A stretch of 64,000 bases of DNA from an uncultured Gammaproteobacteria bacterium (GCA_913045055.1 CAJWPI010000005.1:3675-67674); one strand, 5' to 3'; positions 29,122-40,144 are shown, counted from the stretch's first letter. Notes: generated from the letters alone by a model not told the origin. Numbers and translations are program-made.

Positions 29122-32100
29122 AAACCTTTGTTCTCAAAGCTATAGAAAGATCACGAACCTCTTTGAGTATTTTTGTTTTATTATGCTTATGGGGTATTTA
29201 CTCCATGAATGCCCTTCCAAAAGCAACTGAACCAGATGTAACTTTTCCAGGAGTATTGGTATCGGTTTTCTATGAAGGAGTATCACCAGAAGATTCAGAA
29301 AGACTTCTCGTAAAACCCCTAGAGACTGCACTAAGAACTATAGAGGGCGTGGAAGAAGTTGAGTCTACAGCAGGCACGAGTTATGCCAATGTAAGAGTTG
29401 AATTTGATCAAGATATAGATATGGACCAAGCACTCTATGATACAAGAGTAAAAGTTGATGAAGTTAGACCTGAATTACCAAATGATGCTAGAGAACCAAG
29501 AATCATAGAATTTTCAACATCAAGGTTTCCTGTGGTTACTATAAGCATTACAAGCAATACCACTTCAGAAAGAGACTTAATGAAACTTACTAAAGATCTT
29601 CAGGATGAATTAGAAACAATTCCAGAGGTTCTATCAGCTGATTTACAAGGTGTTCCTGATGAATTACTTGAAGCTGTAGTGGAAAAATCAAAACTAGAAT
29701 CTTATGGAATATCTATGGGAGAGCTTTTTCAAGCTATATCAAATAATAATAGGATCATTCCAGCTGGTTCTCTTGATACTGGTAAAGGTAGGTTTGCTGT
29801 GAATGTCCCAAGTGTATTTGCTAGTCTAGAAGATATAAATAATTTACCCGTTAAGGTATCAGGAAATTCAGTCATAACTTTATCAGATGTAGCTGAAGTT
29901 AGAAGAACCTTTAAAGATAGAGGGGGTTATTCAAGAGTAAATGGACAATCAGCTGTTTCTTTAGAAATAGTAAAAAGGAGTGGTACAAATCTTTTAGATG
30001 TTATAGAAAAAGTAAAAAAAGAAGTTGCAGAAGAAAAGAAAAACTTTCCTCCTGGAGTGAACGTTGTCTACACAAGAGACGAAACTAAATTTGTCCTTGA
30101 AATGATTTCAGAACTTCAGGGAAATGTATTAACTGCAGTTGTACTAGTAATGATAGTAGTACTTGCAGCCCTTGGATTCAGAACCTCCCTACTTGTAGGT
30201 TTAGCAATACCTTTTACTTATCTTTTTTGCTTAATGATATTACATATCTTTGATAAAGAATTTAATTTTATGGTCATGTTTGGAATGCTTATTTCTATGG
30301 GCATGACTATAGATGGGTCTATTGTAGTAACCGAATATGCTGATAGAAAATTAGCCGAGGGCATGAATAGAGTTAAAGCTTATTCTAGTGCTGCATCAAG
30401 GATGTTTTGGCCAGTCTTATCTTCAACAGTTACTACCTTAATAGTCTTCCTTCCTTTAATGATGATGCCAGGTATGGGTCGTTTTATAAGAATGATGCCA
30501 GTTACGGTATTTTGTGTTCTTGTAGGATCTTTAATATATGCCATTGTTTTTGTTCCTATTTTAGGAGCGTTGTTTGGTGGTCTTGCAAAGGAATCAGTAG
30601 AACACACAAATAATATTAGAAGGCTTGAAAGTGATGATCCTCTCACATTGCCTGGCATAACTGGAGCATATGCTAGAAAAGTACATCAATTCCTTAAAAC
30701 CCCCGGTCAAACCATTTTTATTATAGTTTTTGCAATCGTCTTAATTATGAAAGTCTGGACAGATCATGGAAAAGGATCCATTTATTTTCCAGATGTAGCT
30801 CCTCAATGGGTACAAGTCAATGTAGATGCTAGAGCTAATTTTTCTATAGATGAAATACTAGACTTATCTGTAAGCGCTGAGGAAAAACTTCTTCCTAATG
30901 AAGATGTTGAAATGTTGTATCTAAGAACTGGATCAGGTAATAGATGGGGCTCTTCAAACCCAGACAGGATATCTACCATGTTCGTAGATTTCTATGATGA
31001 AAACGAAAGAGAATCAGGAAAAGATGGATACGCAATCTTAGAAGATCTAAGGGAATCTTCTACAGATACATCAGGTTTCCTAGTCCAAATAGAAGCAGAA
31101 AAAGCAGGGCCTCCAATAGGTCGTTCAGTCGATATAGATATTCTTGGAGATGACCCAATTGCTTTAGCGAGGGCTACGAAATTAATAAGAAATTATGTAG
31201 AGAATGAAGTAACAGGTTTAGTAGATGTTGAGGATACACTTCAAAAGAGAGGTGTTGAGTGGGAAATGGAGATTGATAAGACAAGAGCTGCCCAATTTGG
31301 TGCAAGCATAAATGATGTAGGGGCTGCAGTACAAATGATAACTAATGGTATTAAAGTTGGAGAATATAGACCGTTAGACGCCGATGATGAAATAGATATC
31401 AGAGTTAGATTTCCTAAAGAACAAAGAAACCTTGATGAGTTAAGTAGATTAAATGTAAAAACTGTCAAAGGTTTGGTGCCAGTTAATAGCTTTGTAGATC
31501 TAAAACCCAGACCTGCTACAGGAACAATTAAAAGAACTGATGGAAAAAGGGTTTACTCCATATCAGCAGAAAAAGAAAAAGGAGTAGTAGTCTCTGAAAA
31601 GATCAAGCAAATAAAGAGTTGGTTAACTGAAACTGATTTAGGTCCAGGAATAAATGTAAAATTTGGAGGCTTTGATAGATACAATCAGGAAGCAACAGAC
31701 TTTTTAGTAACAGCCTTTTTCCTTTCACTTTTTATAATGCTGATTTTACTGGTAACTCAATTTAATAGTTTTTACCAATCATTAATAATTTTATCTGCGA
31801 TACTCTTATCTTTTGGAGGAGTGTTTTTAGCTCTATTAGTGCTTGGAAGATCTTTTAGTACCATGCAAACAGGAATAAGCTGCGTAGCTTTAGCTGGTAT
31901 TGTAGTAAACAACAATATAGTTTTAATAGATACCTTTAATGTTCTAAAAAAGAATAATCCAAATGTAGATATAATTACCTTAGCACTGAGAAGTGCTGTT
32001 TTAAGACTAAGACCAGTTTTCTTAACTTCCTTTACAACTATATGCGGTCTGCTTCCTATTGCAATGGGTTACAGCATAGATCTTATAAATAGACAGATAA

Positions 32101-32291
32101 AATCAGGCATGTACATCACAAGTTATTGGGAGCAAATGTCAGGCGCCATTGTAGTAGGTTTGGCAGTAGCTACTGTCTTGACACTAGTTGTTACTCCTTG
32201 CGCACTAGTTCTTTCAAATTCTTATAAAGACTTTTCTACTAAATTTAAGTTTTTAAGTCCTTTTACTAAGACTTCACAATCAGCAAATTAA
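29118..32291 (+). CDS. RND efflux transporter permease (AcrB/AcrD/AcrF superfamily)
   Basis: 1057 aa with 12-TM topology and two large periplasmic loops. It has a typical N-terminus and TM-region motifs (e.g. GMLISMGMTIDGSIVVTE, AGIVVNNNIVLID). Confidence 0.93.
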   Translation: MKTFVLKAIERSRTSLSIFVLLCLWGIYSMNALPKATEPDVTFPGVLVSVFYEGVSPEDSERLLVKPLETALRTIEGVEEVESTAGTSYANVRVEFDQDIDMDQALYDTRVKVDEVRPELPNDAREPRIIEFSTSRFPVVTISITSNTTSERDLMKLTKDLQDELETIPEVLSADLQGVPDELLEAVVEKSKLESYGISMGELFQAISNNNRIIPAGSLDTGKGRFAVNVPSVFASLEDINNLPVKVSGNSVITLSDVAEVRRTFKDRGGYSRVNGQSAVSLEIVKRSGTNLLDVIEKVKKEVAEEKKNFPPGVNVVYTRDETKFVLEMISELQGNVLTAVVLVMIVVLAALGFRTSLLVGLAIPFTYLFCLMILHIFDKEFNFMVMFGMLISMGMTIDGSIVVTEYADRKLAEGMNRVKAYSSAASRMFWPVLSSTVTTLIVFLPLMMMPGMGRFIRMMPVTVFCVLVGSLIYAIVFVPILGALFGGLAKESVEHTNNIRRLESDDPLTLPGITGAYARKVHQFLKTPGQTIFIIVFAIVLIMKVWTDHGKGSIYFPDVAPQWVQVNVDARANFSIDEILDLSVSAEEKLLPNEDVEMLYLRTGSGNRWGSSNPDRISTMFVDFYDENERESGKDGYAILEDLRESSTDTSGFLVQIEAEKAGPPIGRSVDIDILGDDPIALARATKLIRNYVENEVTGLVDVEDTLQKRGVEWEMEIDKTRAAQFGASINDVGAAVQMITNGIKVGEYRPLDADDEIDIRVRFPKEQRNLDELSRLNVKTVKGLVPVNSFVDLKPRPATGTIKRTDGKRVYSISAEKEKGVVVSEKIKQIKSWLTETDLGPGINVKFGGFDRYNQEATDFLVTAFFLSLFIMLILLVTQFNSFYQSLIILSAILLSFGGVFLALLVLGRSFSTMQTGISCVALAGIVVNNNIVLIDTFNVLKKNNPNVDIITLALRSAVLRLRPVFLTSFTTICGLLPIAMGYSIDLINRQIKSGMYITSYWEQMSGAIVVGLAVATVLTLVVTPCALVLSNSYKDFSTKFKFLSPFTKTSQSAN

Positions 32292-32347
32292 TTTTTTCTT
32301 GTTTTTATTTAAAGCTAACTTTAGAGTTATAAGGTTTTAGTATTTCT

Positions 32348-34438
32348 ATGATGAAAAATAAGTCATTTTATATTTTCTTAATAACAGCCATGTTCTATGG
32401 ATGCAACCAACCTTTCAATATATCCCATGAACGAATTGTTCAGGCTGATTTAGAGCCAGAGAATTGGATGGCCCATGGCAGAACTTTTGATGAACAAAGA
32501 TTTAGTCCATTAAACCAAATAGATTCAAAGAATATTCAAGATTTAGGAATAGACTGGTATTTTACAACTGACACTAATAGGGGACATGAAGCATCACCTA
32601 TTGTTGTTGATGGAGTGATGTTTCTTACTTCGGCTTGGAGTGTTGTATATGCTTTAGATGCCACCAACGGAGAAATGTTATGGAAATACGACCCCTTAGT
32701 CCCTAAGGAATGGGGGTATAACGCTTGTTGCGATGTGGTTAACAGAGGTGTTGCTGTTTCGAAGGGCAAAGTTGTTTTCGGAACTATAGATGGAAGACTG
32801 ATTGCATTAGATGCAAAGAGTGGTTCTGTTCTTTGGGAATCCTTGACCATAGACAAGTCGAGACCTTATACAATCACTGGAGCTCCTAGAATAGTTAAAG
32901 ATAAAGTTATTATAGGAAATGGAGGAGCAGAATTAGGTGTTAGAGGCTATGTAAGCGCATATGACCTAGATTTAGGAAATATGATCTGGAGATTTTATAC
33001 CGTCCCAGGTGATCCTTCTCACGACTTTGAGAATCCTATATTAGAAGAAGCAGTGAAGACTTGGAAAGGAGGTAAATGGTGGGAAGTTGGTGGAGGAGGA
33101 ACAGTATGGGACTCTATGGCATATGATCCAGAACTGGATCTTTTGTATATTGGAGTAGGTAATGGTTCACCTTGGAATAGATACATCAGAAGCCCTGGAG
33201 GAGGAGATAATTGGTTCTTGTCTTCAATAGTAGCTTTAAAACCTGACACTGGTGAATATGTCTGGCACTACCAAACAACCCCTGGTGATACATGGGACTA
33301 CACTGCAACTCAACATATGATATTAGCAGATATCAAAATAGATAACGAAATAAAGAAAGTTATTATGCAAGCACCAAAAAATGGTTTTTTTTACGTAATA
33401 GATAGAACAAATGGTAGTTTCATTTCAGCAAAGAACTATGTTCCAGTGAACTGGGCTACGCATATAGATCCCATTTCTGGCAGACCTATAGAGAATCCAG
33501 AAAAAAATTACGAGAATAGAGTAGTCGAAGAAATAACTCCTGGACCACTTGGAGGTCATAATTGGCAACCAATGTCATATAGCCCTAATACCGGACTGGT
33601 GTACATTCCTGCTCAAGAGCTTTTCTTCAATTATGGCGATGACAATAATTTTGTTTATAACAAGAATACTTGGAATACAGGTATAGATATAAATGCTACT
33701 GTTCCACCAAAAAGCCAAGAAGAACTTAACGAATTATTAAATGCAATAAAAGGTCATCTAAGTGCTTGGGACCCCTCTGCACAGCAGGAAGTCTGGAGGT
33801 CTAGTTATGATTGGCCTTGGAATGGTGGTGTTTTAAGCACAGCAGGTAATCTAGTATTTCAAGGAACGACAGAAGGAAAATTTATAGCATATAAAGCTGA
33901 TAACGGTGAAAAATTATGGGAAATTGATCTTCAAAATGGTATTGGTGCACCCCCTATAAGCTATAGTATTAATGGAGAGCAATATATTGCTGTAATGGTT
34001 GGCTATGGTGGTGCTTACGCTCTTACAGCTGGAGTTCCACCCGTTCATTCTGGTGGAAACATAAATGGACGAATTGTCAGCTTAAAACTTGGATCAAATA
34101 ATCAGCTTCCTGAACCTAAGTCATATGCTGAAATGACTGAACCTCCTGCTTCAAATGCTGATATGGCAACAATTGCTAGAGGAGAATTTGAATATCATGA
34201 ACATTGTCAATTTTGTCATGGTGCAGGAGCTGTTGGTGGAGGAGTTATTCCTGATTTACAACAAATGACAGAATTAACCCATAAAACATTTTTAGGGATT
34301 GTCCTTGGTGGAGCTCATAAAGATAAAGGAATGGTGTCCTTCAAGGAAATGATTTCTGAAGAACAAGCTGAAGATATTCATGCTTATCTTATTGACCAAG
34401 CTAATAAAACATACACACTTTTACATCAATCAAACTAA
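32348..34438 (+). CDS. Quinohemoprotein PQQ-dependent alcohol dehydrogenase (type II: PQQ beta-propeller plus C-terminal cytochrome c)
   Basis: The vicinal Cys ring NACCDVVNRG, the propeller W-motifs, GDTWDYTATQHMILADI and a C-terminal heme c site CQFCHG. The N-terminal signal has a possible lipobox (AMFYGC). Confidence 0.9.
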   Translation: MMKNKSFYIFLITAMFYGCNQPFNISHERIVQADLEPENWMAHGRTFDEQRFSPLNQIDSKNIQDLGIDWYFTTDTNRGHEASPIVVDGVMFLTSAWSVVYALDATNGEMLWKYDPLVPKEWGYNACCDVVNRGVAVSKGKVVFGTIDGRLIALDAKSGSVLWESLTIDKSRPYTITGAPRIVKDKVIIGNGGAELGVRGYVSAYDLDLGNMIWRFYTVPGDPSHDFENPILEEAVKTWKGGKWWEVGGGGTVWDSMAYDPELDLLYIGVGNGSPWNRYIRSPGGGDNWFLSSIVALKPDTGEYVWHYQTTPGDTWDYTATQHMILADIKIDNEIKKVIMQAPKNGFFYVIDRTNGSFISAKNYVPVNWATHIDPISGRPIENPEKNYENRVVEEITPGPLGGHNWQPMSYSPNTGLVYIPAQELFFNYGDDNNFVYNKNTWNTGIDINATVPPKSQEELNELLNAIKGHLSAWDPSAQQEVWRSSYDWPWNGGVLSTAGNLVFQGTTEGKFIAYKADNGEKLWEIDLQNGIGAPPISYSINGEQYIAVMVGYGGAYALTAGVPPVHSGGNINGRIVSLKLGSNNQLPEPKSYAEMTEPPASNADMATIARGEFEYHEHCQFCHGAGAVGGGVIPDLQQMTELTHKTFLGIVLGGAHKDKGMVSFKEMISEEQAEDIHAYLIDQANKTYTLLHQSN

Positions 34439-34444
34439 TCTAGG

Positions 34445-36511
34445 ATGTTTACTTCAAGGATGAAGAGATTCTTAATTGTTGGATATTGCTTTGTAGTAAT
34501 TTTTTTTTCTGAAATTACATTATCCTCTACAGAGGAAGTGGTGGTGGTTAGCAAAAAAATAAAAAGCTTCAGCGACTGGTTAGATAATTCTTCTTATTTT
34601 TCTATTTCAAAAGATGATTTACTAAGGGTAGACCCTCAACACCCTAAAGAAATATTCCAAAGAGTTCCAGGGGTTTGGATTAGTCGAGGTTCTGGACAAG
34701 AACACCTAACAAGCATTCGTTCACCTGTTCTTACAGGACCAGGAGCTTGTGGATCTTTCTTGTTGTTAGAAGATAGCATTCCTGTGAGACCGAAGGGATT
34801 CTGCAACGTGAATGGTTTATTTGAACTATTTACTGAAGAAGCAACTGCTTTAGAGGTTATTAAAGGACCTGCAAGTGCTCGTTTTGGAGGAAATGCTCTT
34901 CATGGAGTAATAAATGTAGTTTCTTCACAACAACTATCAGATGAAAAGAGAGCTATGATAAACCTAGGTCCAAATAACTATATCAATTTAAGGTTTTCTT
35001 ATGGAGAAAAAGATAAATTTAAATTCAAGTCATATTTGTCTAATACTAAAGGTATAAGAAGAGATTCAGGATTAAGCCAGCAGAAATTTCAAATAAGAAC
35101 AAAATTTCCTATAAAAAACCTTTCCGGACAATTTAACTTGATTTTCTCTAATCTCAATCAAGAAACAGCTGGATATATCTACGGATTGCAGGCCTATAAA
35201 GATTCAAAAAAAATTAAAACTAATAACGATCCTGAAGCTTTTAGAGATGCGAATTCTATAAGATTTAATATAAAAGCTGAAAAGAAAAAAAATTCTAATC
35301 TATTTTCAATCCTTTCTTATTTAAGGAAAACAAATATGGAGTTTTTACAGCATTATTTACCAGGAACTCCTTTAGAGGACAATGATCACACCAGTATTGG
35401 GGTGATACAAAATAATATAGTGGATAAAAAAAATCACCAACTAATTTATGGAGTGCATCTAGAATTAGCAAAAGTAAACCTTTTCCAATTTCAACTTTAT
35501 GATTTAACTAATAGCTCACCTTTTAATAATGCCGTAAGACCTAAAGGTTTTCATTACGACTATAAGGTTAATACAAGAATGGGAGCAATCTTCTTGGGTT
35601 TTAAAGGGGGAAAATTTAAGAACTTTTCTTCTGCCTTTGGGGATATTAGGTTAGAAACTCTGCATTACGACTATAAAAATAGGATGATTAGTGGAAATAC
35701 CAGAGATGATGGGAGTCAATGTAGTTATGGAGGGTGCTTCTATAACAGACCTAAAGATAGAAGTGACACATACCAAGACTTAAGTTTTAGACTAGGTGCA
35801 GATAAGAATTTTGATAGAGCAAACTTCTTCATACAAATATCTTCAGGATTTAGACCTCCGCAAATTAATGAAGTCTATAGATTACAAAAGAATCAATTCG
35901 TAACTGATCTGACTTCCGAAGAAATCGTCATGTTAGAAAGTGGTTTAAAACTCAGATTTGACTACTTCAATGGAAAAGTGAGCTTGTATAAGAGTTCAAA
36001 AGAAAATTCTATTTTTCGAGACGCTAATAACTTCACTGTAGATGATGGTAAAAGTAAGCACACTGGTGTTGAAATATTTGGTTCAATACAGATAGCTCAA
36101 AGTATTCTGAACCTTTCTTTATCTTTTGAAGAACATAAATATAACTTCTCTTCATCCACATCCACTAAAGAACAAATAGTAAAGGGTAACTATGTAGACA
36201 CTTCTCCCAAATTTAAGGGAAATATTTCATGGACTTTTAATATTAATGATTCCTTGCTTACTGAACTAGAAATAGAAAGAATGGGAAGTTATTTTACTGA
36301 TGCAGCAAATAAACATAAATATGAAGGTCATAATCTTATGCATTTAAGGACAAGCTATACTCTAGAAAAAGGTCTAAGATTATATTTAAGGATCAATAAT
36401 CTTAAAGATAAATTGTATGCTGAAAGAGCCGACTTTAATGTGTTTGGAGGGGAAAGATATTTCCCAGGAATATCAAGACAGACCTTCATCGGTCTAGAAT
36501 ATAACTTTTAA
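34445..36511 (+). CDS. TonB-dependent outer-membrane receptor
   Basis: A signal peptide, a TonB-box-like EEVVVVS, a plug domain ([25 protein letters not shown]) and a 22-strand barrel-length body ending in the terminal aromatic residue (...IGLEYNF). Confidence 0.92.
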   Translation: MFTSRMKRFLIVGYCFVVIFFSEITLSSTEEVVVVSKKIKSFSDWLDNSSYFSISKDDLLRVDPQHPKEIFQRVPGVWISRGSGQEHLTSIRSPVLTGPGACGSFLLLEDSIPVRPKGFCNVNGLFELFTEEATALEVIKGPASARFGGNALHGVINVVSSQQLSDEKRAMINLGPNNYINLRFSYGEKDKFKFKSYLSNTKGIRRDSGLSQQKFQIRTKFPIKNLSGQFNLIFSNLNQETAGYIYGLQAYKDSKKIKTNNDPEAFRDANSIRFNIKAEKKKNSNLFSILSYLRKTNMEFLQHYLPGTPLEDNDHTSIGVIQNNIVDKKNHQLIYGVHLELAKVNLFQFQLYDLTNSSPFNNAVRPKGFHYDYKVNTRMGAIFLGFKGGKFKNFSSAFGDIRLETLHYDYKNRMISGNTRDDGSQCSYGGCFYNRPKDRSDTYQDLSFRLGADKNFDRANFFIQISSGFRPPQINEVYRLQKNQFVTDLTSEEIVMLESGLKLRFDYFNGKVSLYKSSKENSIFRDANNFTVDDGKSKHTGVEIFGSIQIAQSILNLSLSFEEHKYNFSSSTSTKEQIVKGNYVDTSPKFKGNISWTFNINDSLLTELEIERMGSYFTDAANKHKYEGHNLMHLRTSYTLEKGLRLYLRINNLKDKLYAERADFNVFGGERYFPGISRQTFIGLEYNF

Positions 36512-36521
36512 TTATAATCTT

Positions 36522-36755
36522 ATGAATAAAAAGAAAAATGACATAAATTTCGAGAAAGCTCTCGAAGAACTTGAAAAAATTGTAGAAAAGCTTGAATCAG
36601 GAAATTTAAGTTTAGAAGAATCTCTTAAATCTTTCGAAAAAGGGATTAGTCTAACGCGCAAATGCAGAGCGCATCTTTCTGAAGCAGAATTAAAAGTAAA
36701 AAAACTTATTGAAGAAAACGGAGACATGAAAACCGTCAACAATAAAGATGGTTAA
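36522..36755 (+). CDS. xseB: Exodeoxyribonuclease VII small subunit
   Basis: [39 protein letters not shown]. Canonical xseB-ispA-dxs operon. Confidence 0.93.
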   Translation: MNKKKNDINFEKALEELEKIVEKLESGNLSLEESLKSFEKGISLTRKCRAHLSEAELKVKKLIEENGDMKTVNNKDG

Positions 36756-37626
36756 CTTTGGATCTTTGTTAGAGCCCTATCAAAAAAGAGTAAATCAAGC
36801 TCTAAATATTTTACTTCCCAAAGAGGGTTATTCTAGGTTATCTGATGCTATGCGTTATTCTGTTCTAAATTCTGGGAAAAGACTCAGACCTATTTTGGTT
36901 TATATGGCTTCAGAGTTAGGAGAAGAAGAAAATAAGGAAGGAGCAGATGATTTAGCATGTGCAGTAGAATTGATCCATTGTTACTCACTTATACATGATG
37001 ACCTCCCTTCAATGGATAATGATCAATTAAGAAGGGGTAAACCCACTTGTCATTTAGCTTTTGGAGAAGCTACTGCAATTCTGGCGGGGGATGCGTTACA
37101 GCCCTTAGCTTATTCTCTAATAAGTGATTGCAGCACTATAAGCTCTAACCTTAAGATAGAGGTACTAAAGAGACTCTCATTTGCTTGTGGTTGGAATGCT
37201 ATGGTAGAAGGCCAGATGAAAGACATAACAACAAAAGAGGACTTTAATTTATCAGAATTAGATCTGATGCATAATCAAAAAACAGGGGAATTAATAAAGA
37301 CTTCTTTAGAAATTGGTGGGTTAGTAGCTGGGTTAGATCTAGAAAAACTTAGTAAATTGTCTATTTATGGAGAAAATATTGGACTTGCTTTCCAAATAAC
37401 AGATGACATTATAGATATTGAATCTCCTAGTGAAATAAGTGGAAAGGACCAAGGATCTGACTCATTACACAATAAAACCACTTACCCTGCATTAATAGGT
37501 ATGGAAGCATCAAAAAAGAGAGCTAAACAACTTGCTGAAAAAGCTGAACAAAATTTAAATGTCTTTTCTACAAAAAGCACAAAACTCAAAAAATTGGCTC
37601 AATTCATTATTCAAAGGGATCATTAA
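36748..37626 (+). CDS. ispA: (2E,6E)-farnesyl diphosphate synthase
   Basis: GKRLRP, the first DDxxD region [20 protein letters not shown] and the second motif [10 protein letters not shown]. 8-nt overlap with xseB. Confidence 0.94.
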   Translation: MVNFGSLLEPYQKRVNQALNILLPKEGYSRLSDAMRYSVLNSGKRLRPILVYMASELGEEENKEGADDLACAVELIHCYSLIHDDLPSMDNDQLRRGKPTCHLAFGEATAILAGDALQPLAYSLISDCSTISSNLKIEVLKRLSFACGWNAMVEGQMKDITTKEDFNLSELDLMHNQKTGELIKTSLEIGGLVAGLDLEKLSKLSIYGENIGLAFQITDDIIDIESPSEISGKDQGSDSLHNKTTYPALIGMEASKKRAKQLAEKAEQNLNVFSTKSTKLKKLAQFIIQRDH

Positions 37627-37630
37627 GACA

Positions 37631-39523
37631 ATGAAGATATTTCAATCAATTCCAGAGTTAATCCCAAAAAATATCTTGCTTGATGCTATTAATAGTCCTA
37701 AAGACCTTAGAAAATTAGAACTAAATGATCTACCCCAATTGGCAGATGAATTACGAGAATTCTTACTTTACACAGTTGGACAAACCGGAGGACATTTTGG
37801 AGGAGGTCTGGGGGTTGTGGAACTAACTATAGCTCTTCACTATGTATTCGAAACCCCTTCAGATAGACTAGTTTGGGATGTAGGACATCAAACTTATCCC
37901 CATAAGATATTAACTAATAGAAAAGAATCTATGGCAACAATTCGTCAAGAAAACGGATTACATCCTTTCCCTTCGAGATCTGAGAGCACTTATGATTCTT
38001 TTGGTGCTGGCCATTCAAGTACTTCTATAAGTTCTGCTTTGGGGATGATAACGGCAGCAAGATCAAAAGGGGAAAAAAGAAATGTAACAGCAATCATAGG
38101 TGATGGAGCAATGACGGCAGGAATGGCCTACGAGGCTTTATCGCACGCTGGCTCTATGGATAAAAATTTACTTGTTGTATTGAATGATAACCAGATGTCT
38201 ATTTCAGAGAATGTTGGAGGTTTAAGAAATTATTTAGCCAAAATATGGGCAAGTAAATTTTATAACCAGATACGAGAGGGCGGGAAGACCGTTTTAAGGT
38301 TTATTCCTAGTGCTAGAAGATTTGTTAGAAAAGCTGAAATACATACAAAAGGAATGATATCTCCAGGTACTTTATTTGAAGAGTTGGGATTTGAATATAT
38401 AGGACCTATTAATGGACACAACACAATAGAACTAGTAAAAATACTTAGAAATTTAAAGCGCAAAGATAACCCTACTCTTTTGCATATTATCACTAAGAAG
38501 GGAAAGGGTTATGCTCCTGCAGAATCTGATCCAGTAGGTTTCCATGCTATTAATAAGATTAAACCTATAAAAAATAAAGAGTCTATAAAGAAGAAAGAGA
38601 AAAGCATAACTTACTCTGATGTTTTTGGTGAATGGCTTTGCCATAAAGCAGATTTGGATAGCCGACTAATGGCTATAACACCTGCCATGCGAGAAGGGTC
38701 TGGTATGACAAATTTTTCTAAACTTTTTAAAGATAGATTTTTTGATGTTGCTATAGCTGAACAACATGCTATAACTTTTGCAGCAGGTATGGCCTGTGAA
38801 GGATTAAAACCTGTCGTTGCTATCTATAGTACGTTTCTGCAAAGAGCCTATGATCAGTTGATACATGATGTTGCTTTACAAAATTTAGATGTATTATTTG
38901 CTATTGATAGAGCTGGTCTCGTTGGCTCAGACGGATCAACCCACCAAGGTTCCTTTGATATTTCTTTTCTTAGATGTATACCTAACATGATTATTATGGC
39001 ACCTTCAAATGAGAAAATAGCATGGGAAATGTTAAATACTGGTTTTGATTATGAAGGTCCTGCATCTGTTAGATATCCAAGAGGAAATGGTCCTCAGGTT
39101 GGATTTAAAAAAGACAACAAAGTACTTGAAATTGGTAAAAGTAAATTAATTAAAAATTCAGAAAATAGTAACTTAGCTATTCTCTCTTTTGGATCTTGCT
39201 TAGAAGTTGCTTTAGAAGTGGGATCACAATTGGATGCATCGGTTATAGACATGAATTTTGTAAAACCCTTAGATACTATAAGAATTAAAGAGATAGCCAA
39301 CAGTCACAAGCTTATAGTTACTTTAGAAGAAAATGCTGTGATGGGTGGTGCTGGTTCTGCAGTTACTGAATATCTAGCTAAAGGGAACTATAAGGCGGCT
39401 ATCCTTAACTTGGGATTTCCAGATGAGTTCATAAATCATGGCACTAAAGAAAGCCAGTTGATTAAAGCAGGTTTAAATAAAGAAGCTATAGTAGATTTAA
39501 TTAAGAAAAAAATAGAAAGTTAA
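37631..39523 (+). CDS. dxs: 1-deoxy-D-xylulose-5-phosphate synthase
   Basis: GGHFGGGLGVVELTIALHYVF, VWDVGHQTYPHKILT, the TPP motif IGDGAMTAGMAYEALSHAG, and DRAGLVGSDGSTHQG. I prefer the ATG at 37631 (MKIFQSIP...) over the ORF-track start at 37559, which lies inside ispA. Confidence 0.96.
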   Translation: MKIFQSIPELIPKNILLDAINSPKDLRKLELNDLPQLADELREFLLYTVGQTGGHFGGGLGVVELTIALHYVFETPSDRLVWDVGHQTYPHKILTNRKESMATIRQENGLHPFPSRSESTYDSFGAGHSSTSISSALGMITAARSKGEKRNVTAIIGDGAMTAGMAYEALSHAGSMDKNLLVVLNDNQMSISENVGGLRNYLAKIWASKFYNQIREGGKTVLRFIPSARRFVRKAEIHTKGMISPGTLFEELGFEYIGPINGHNTIELVKILRNLKRKDNPTLLHIITKKGKGYAPAESDPVGFHAINKIKPIKNKESIKKKEKSITYSDVFGEWLCHKADLDSRLMAITPAMREGSGMTNFSKLFKDRFFDVAIAEQHAITFAAGMACEGLKPVVAIYSTFLQRAYDQLIHDVALQNLDVLFAIDRAGLVGSDGSTHQGSFDISFLRCIPNMIIMAPSNEKIAWEMLNTGFDYEGPASVRYPRGNGPQVGFKKDNKVLEIGKSKLIKNSENSNLAILSFGSCLEVALEVGSQLDASVIDMNFVKPLDTIRIKEIANSHKLIVTLEENAVMGGAGSAVTEYLAKGNYKAAILNLGFPDEFINHGTKESQLIKAGLNKEAIVDLIKKKIES

Positions 39524-39525
39524 AA

Positions 39526-40110
39526 TTATTCTTTTAACATATGCCCCATAGACTCTTCTTTGACATCCAAATAATCTTTGTTATGTTCTGTTGGTTCAAC
39601 TACTAAAGGGATTCTCTCCTTTACTTCTATTCCAGAATCTCCTAGACCCTTAACTTTCTCTGGGTTATTAGTCATTAACCTAACACCGTTTATACCTAAC
39701 TCTGAAAGTATCTCACCACAAATAGAATAATCCCTTTGATCTGCTTCAAAACCTAACTTTTCATTTGCTTCAATCGTGTTTAACCCTTGGTCCTGCAGTT
39801 CATATGCTTTAATTTTATTTCCTAACCCAATCCCTCTTCCTTCTTGAGCCATATAAATTAATAATCCTTTCCCATTTTGAGCAATGATTTTAAGAGCTAA
39901 TTGAAGTTGGTCACCACAATCACACCTCAAACTAAAAAGAGTATCTCCAGTAAGGCACTGTGAATGTATTCTTAATAGAGGGTCCTTCTCTAGATTCCCT
40001 AATGAGACCACTGAATGTTCCTTTTTACTTTCGATCTCTCTGAACACGGATATGGAAAACTCAGCCCAGATTGTCGGTAATTTTGCTTTAGCTACTAGTT
40101 CAATATTCAA
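39526..40110 (-). CDS. ribA: GTP cyclohydrolase II
   Basis: The zinc/catalytic motif RIHSQCLTGDTLFSLRCDCGDQL is intact, with EGRGIGL and DQRDY. The start codon is TTG. Its stop is 2 nt from the convergent dxs stop. Confidence 0.93.
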   Translation of the reverse strand: MNIELVAKAKLPTIWAEFSISVFREIESKKEHSVVSLGNLEKDPLLRIHSQCLTGDTLFSLRCDCGDQLQLALKIIAQNGKGLLIYMAQEGRGIGLGNKIKAYELQDQGLNTIEANEKLGFEADQRDYSICGEILSELGINGVRLMTNNPEKVKGLGDSGIEVKERIPLVVEPTEHNKDYLDVKEESMGHMLKE

Positions 40111-40144
40111 AAAACTTCCTTATTTATCAATTAGAGAATGTAGT

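Noticed and set aside
32348-34438. Possibility that the PQQ dehydrogenase is a lanthanide-dependent (XoxF/PedH/ExaF-type) enzyme and the neighbouring TonB receptor a lanthanide uptake receptor.
   Set aside because: Lanthanide-dependent enzymes carry an extra Asp two residues after the catalytic Asp (WD-x-D). This protein reads WDYTAT (Thr), as in Ca2+-dependent quinohemoprotein type II ADHs.
37559-37630. N-terminal 24-codon extension of dxs in the ORF track ([24 protein letters not shown]).
   Set aside because: It overlaps the 3' end of ispA by 68 nt. The internal ATG at 37631 gives the normal Dxs N-terminus and sits 4 nt after the ispA stop.
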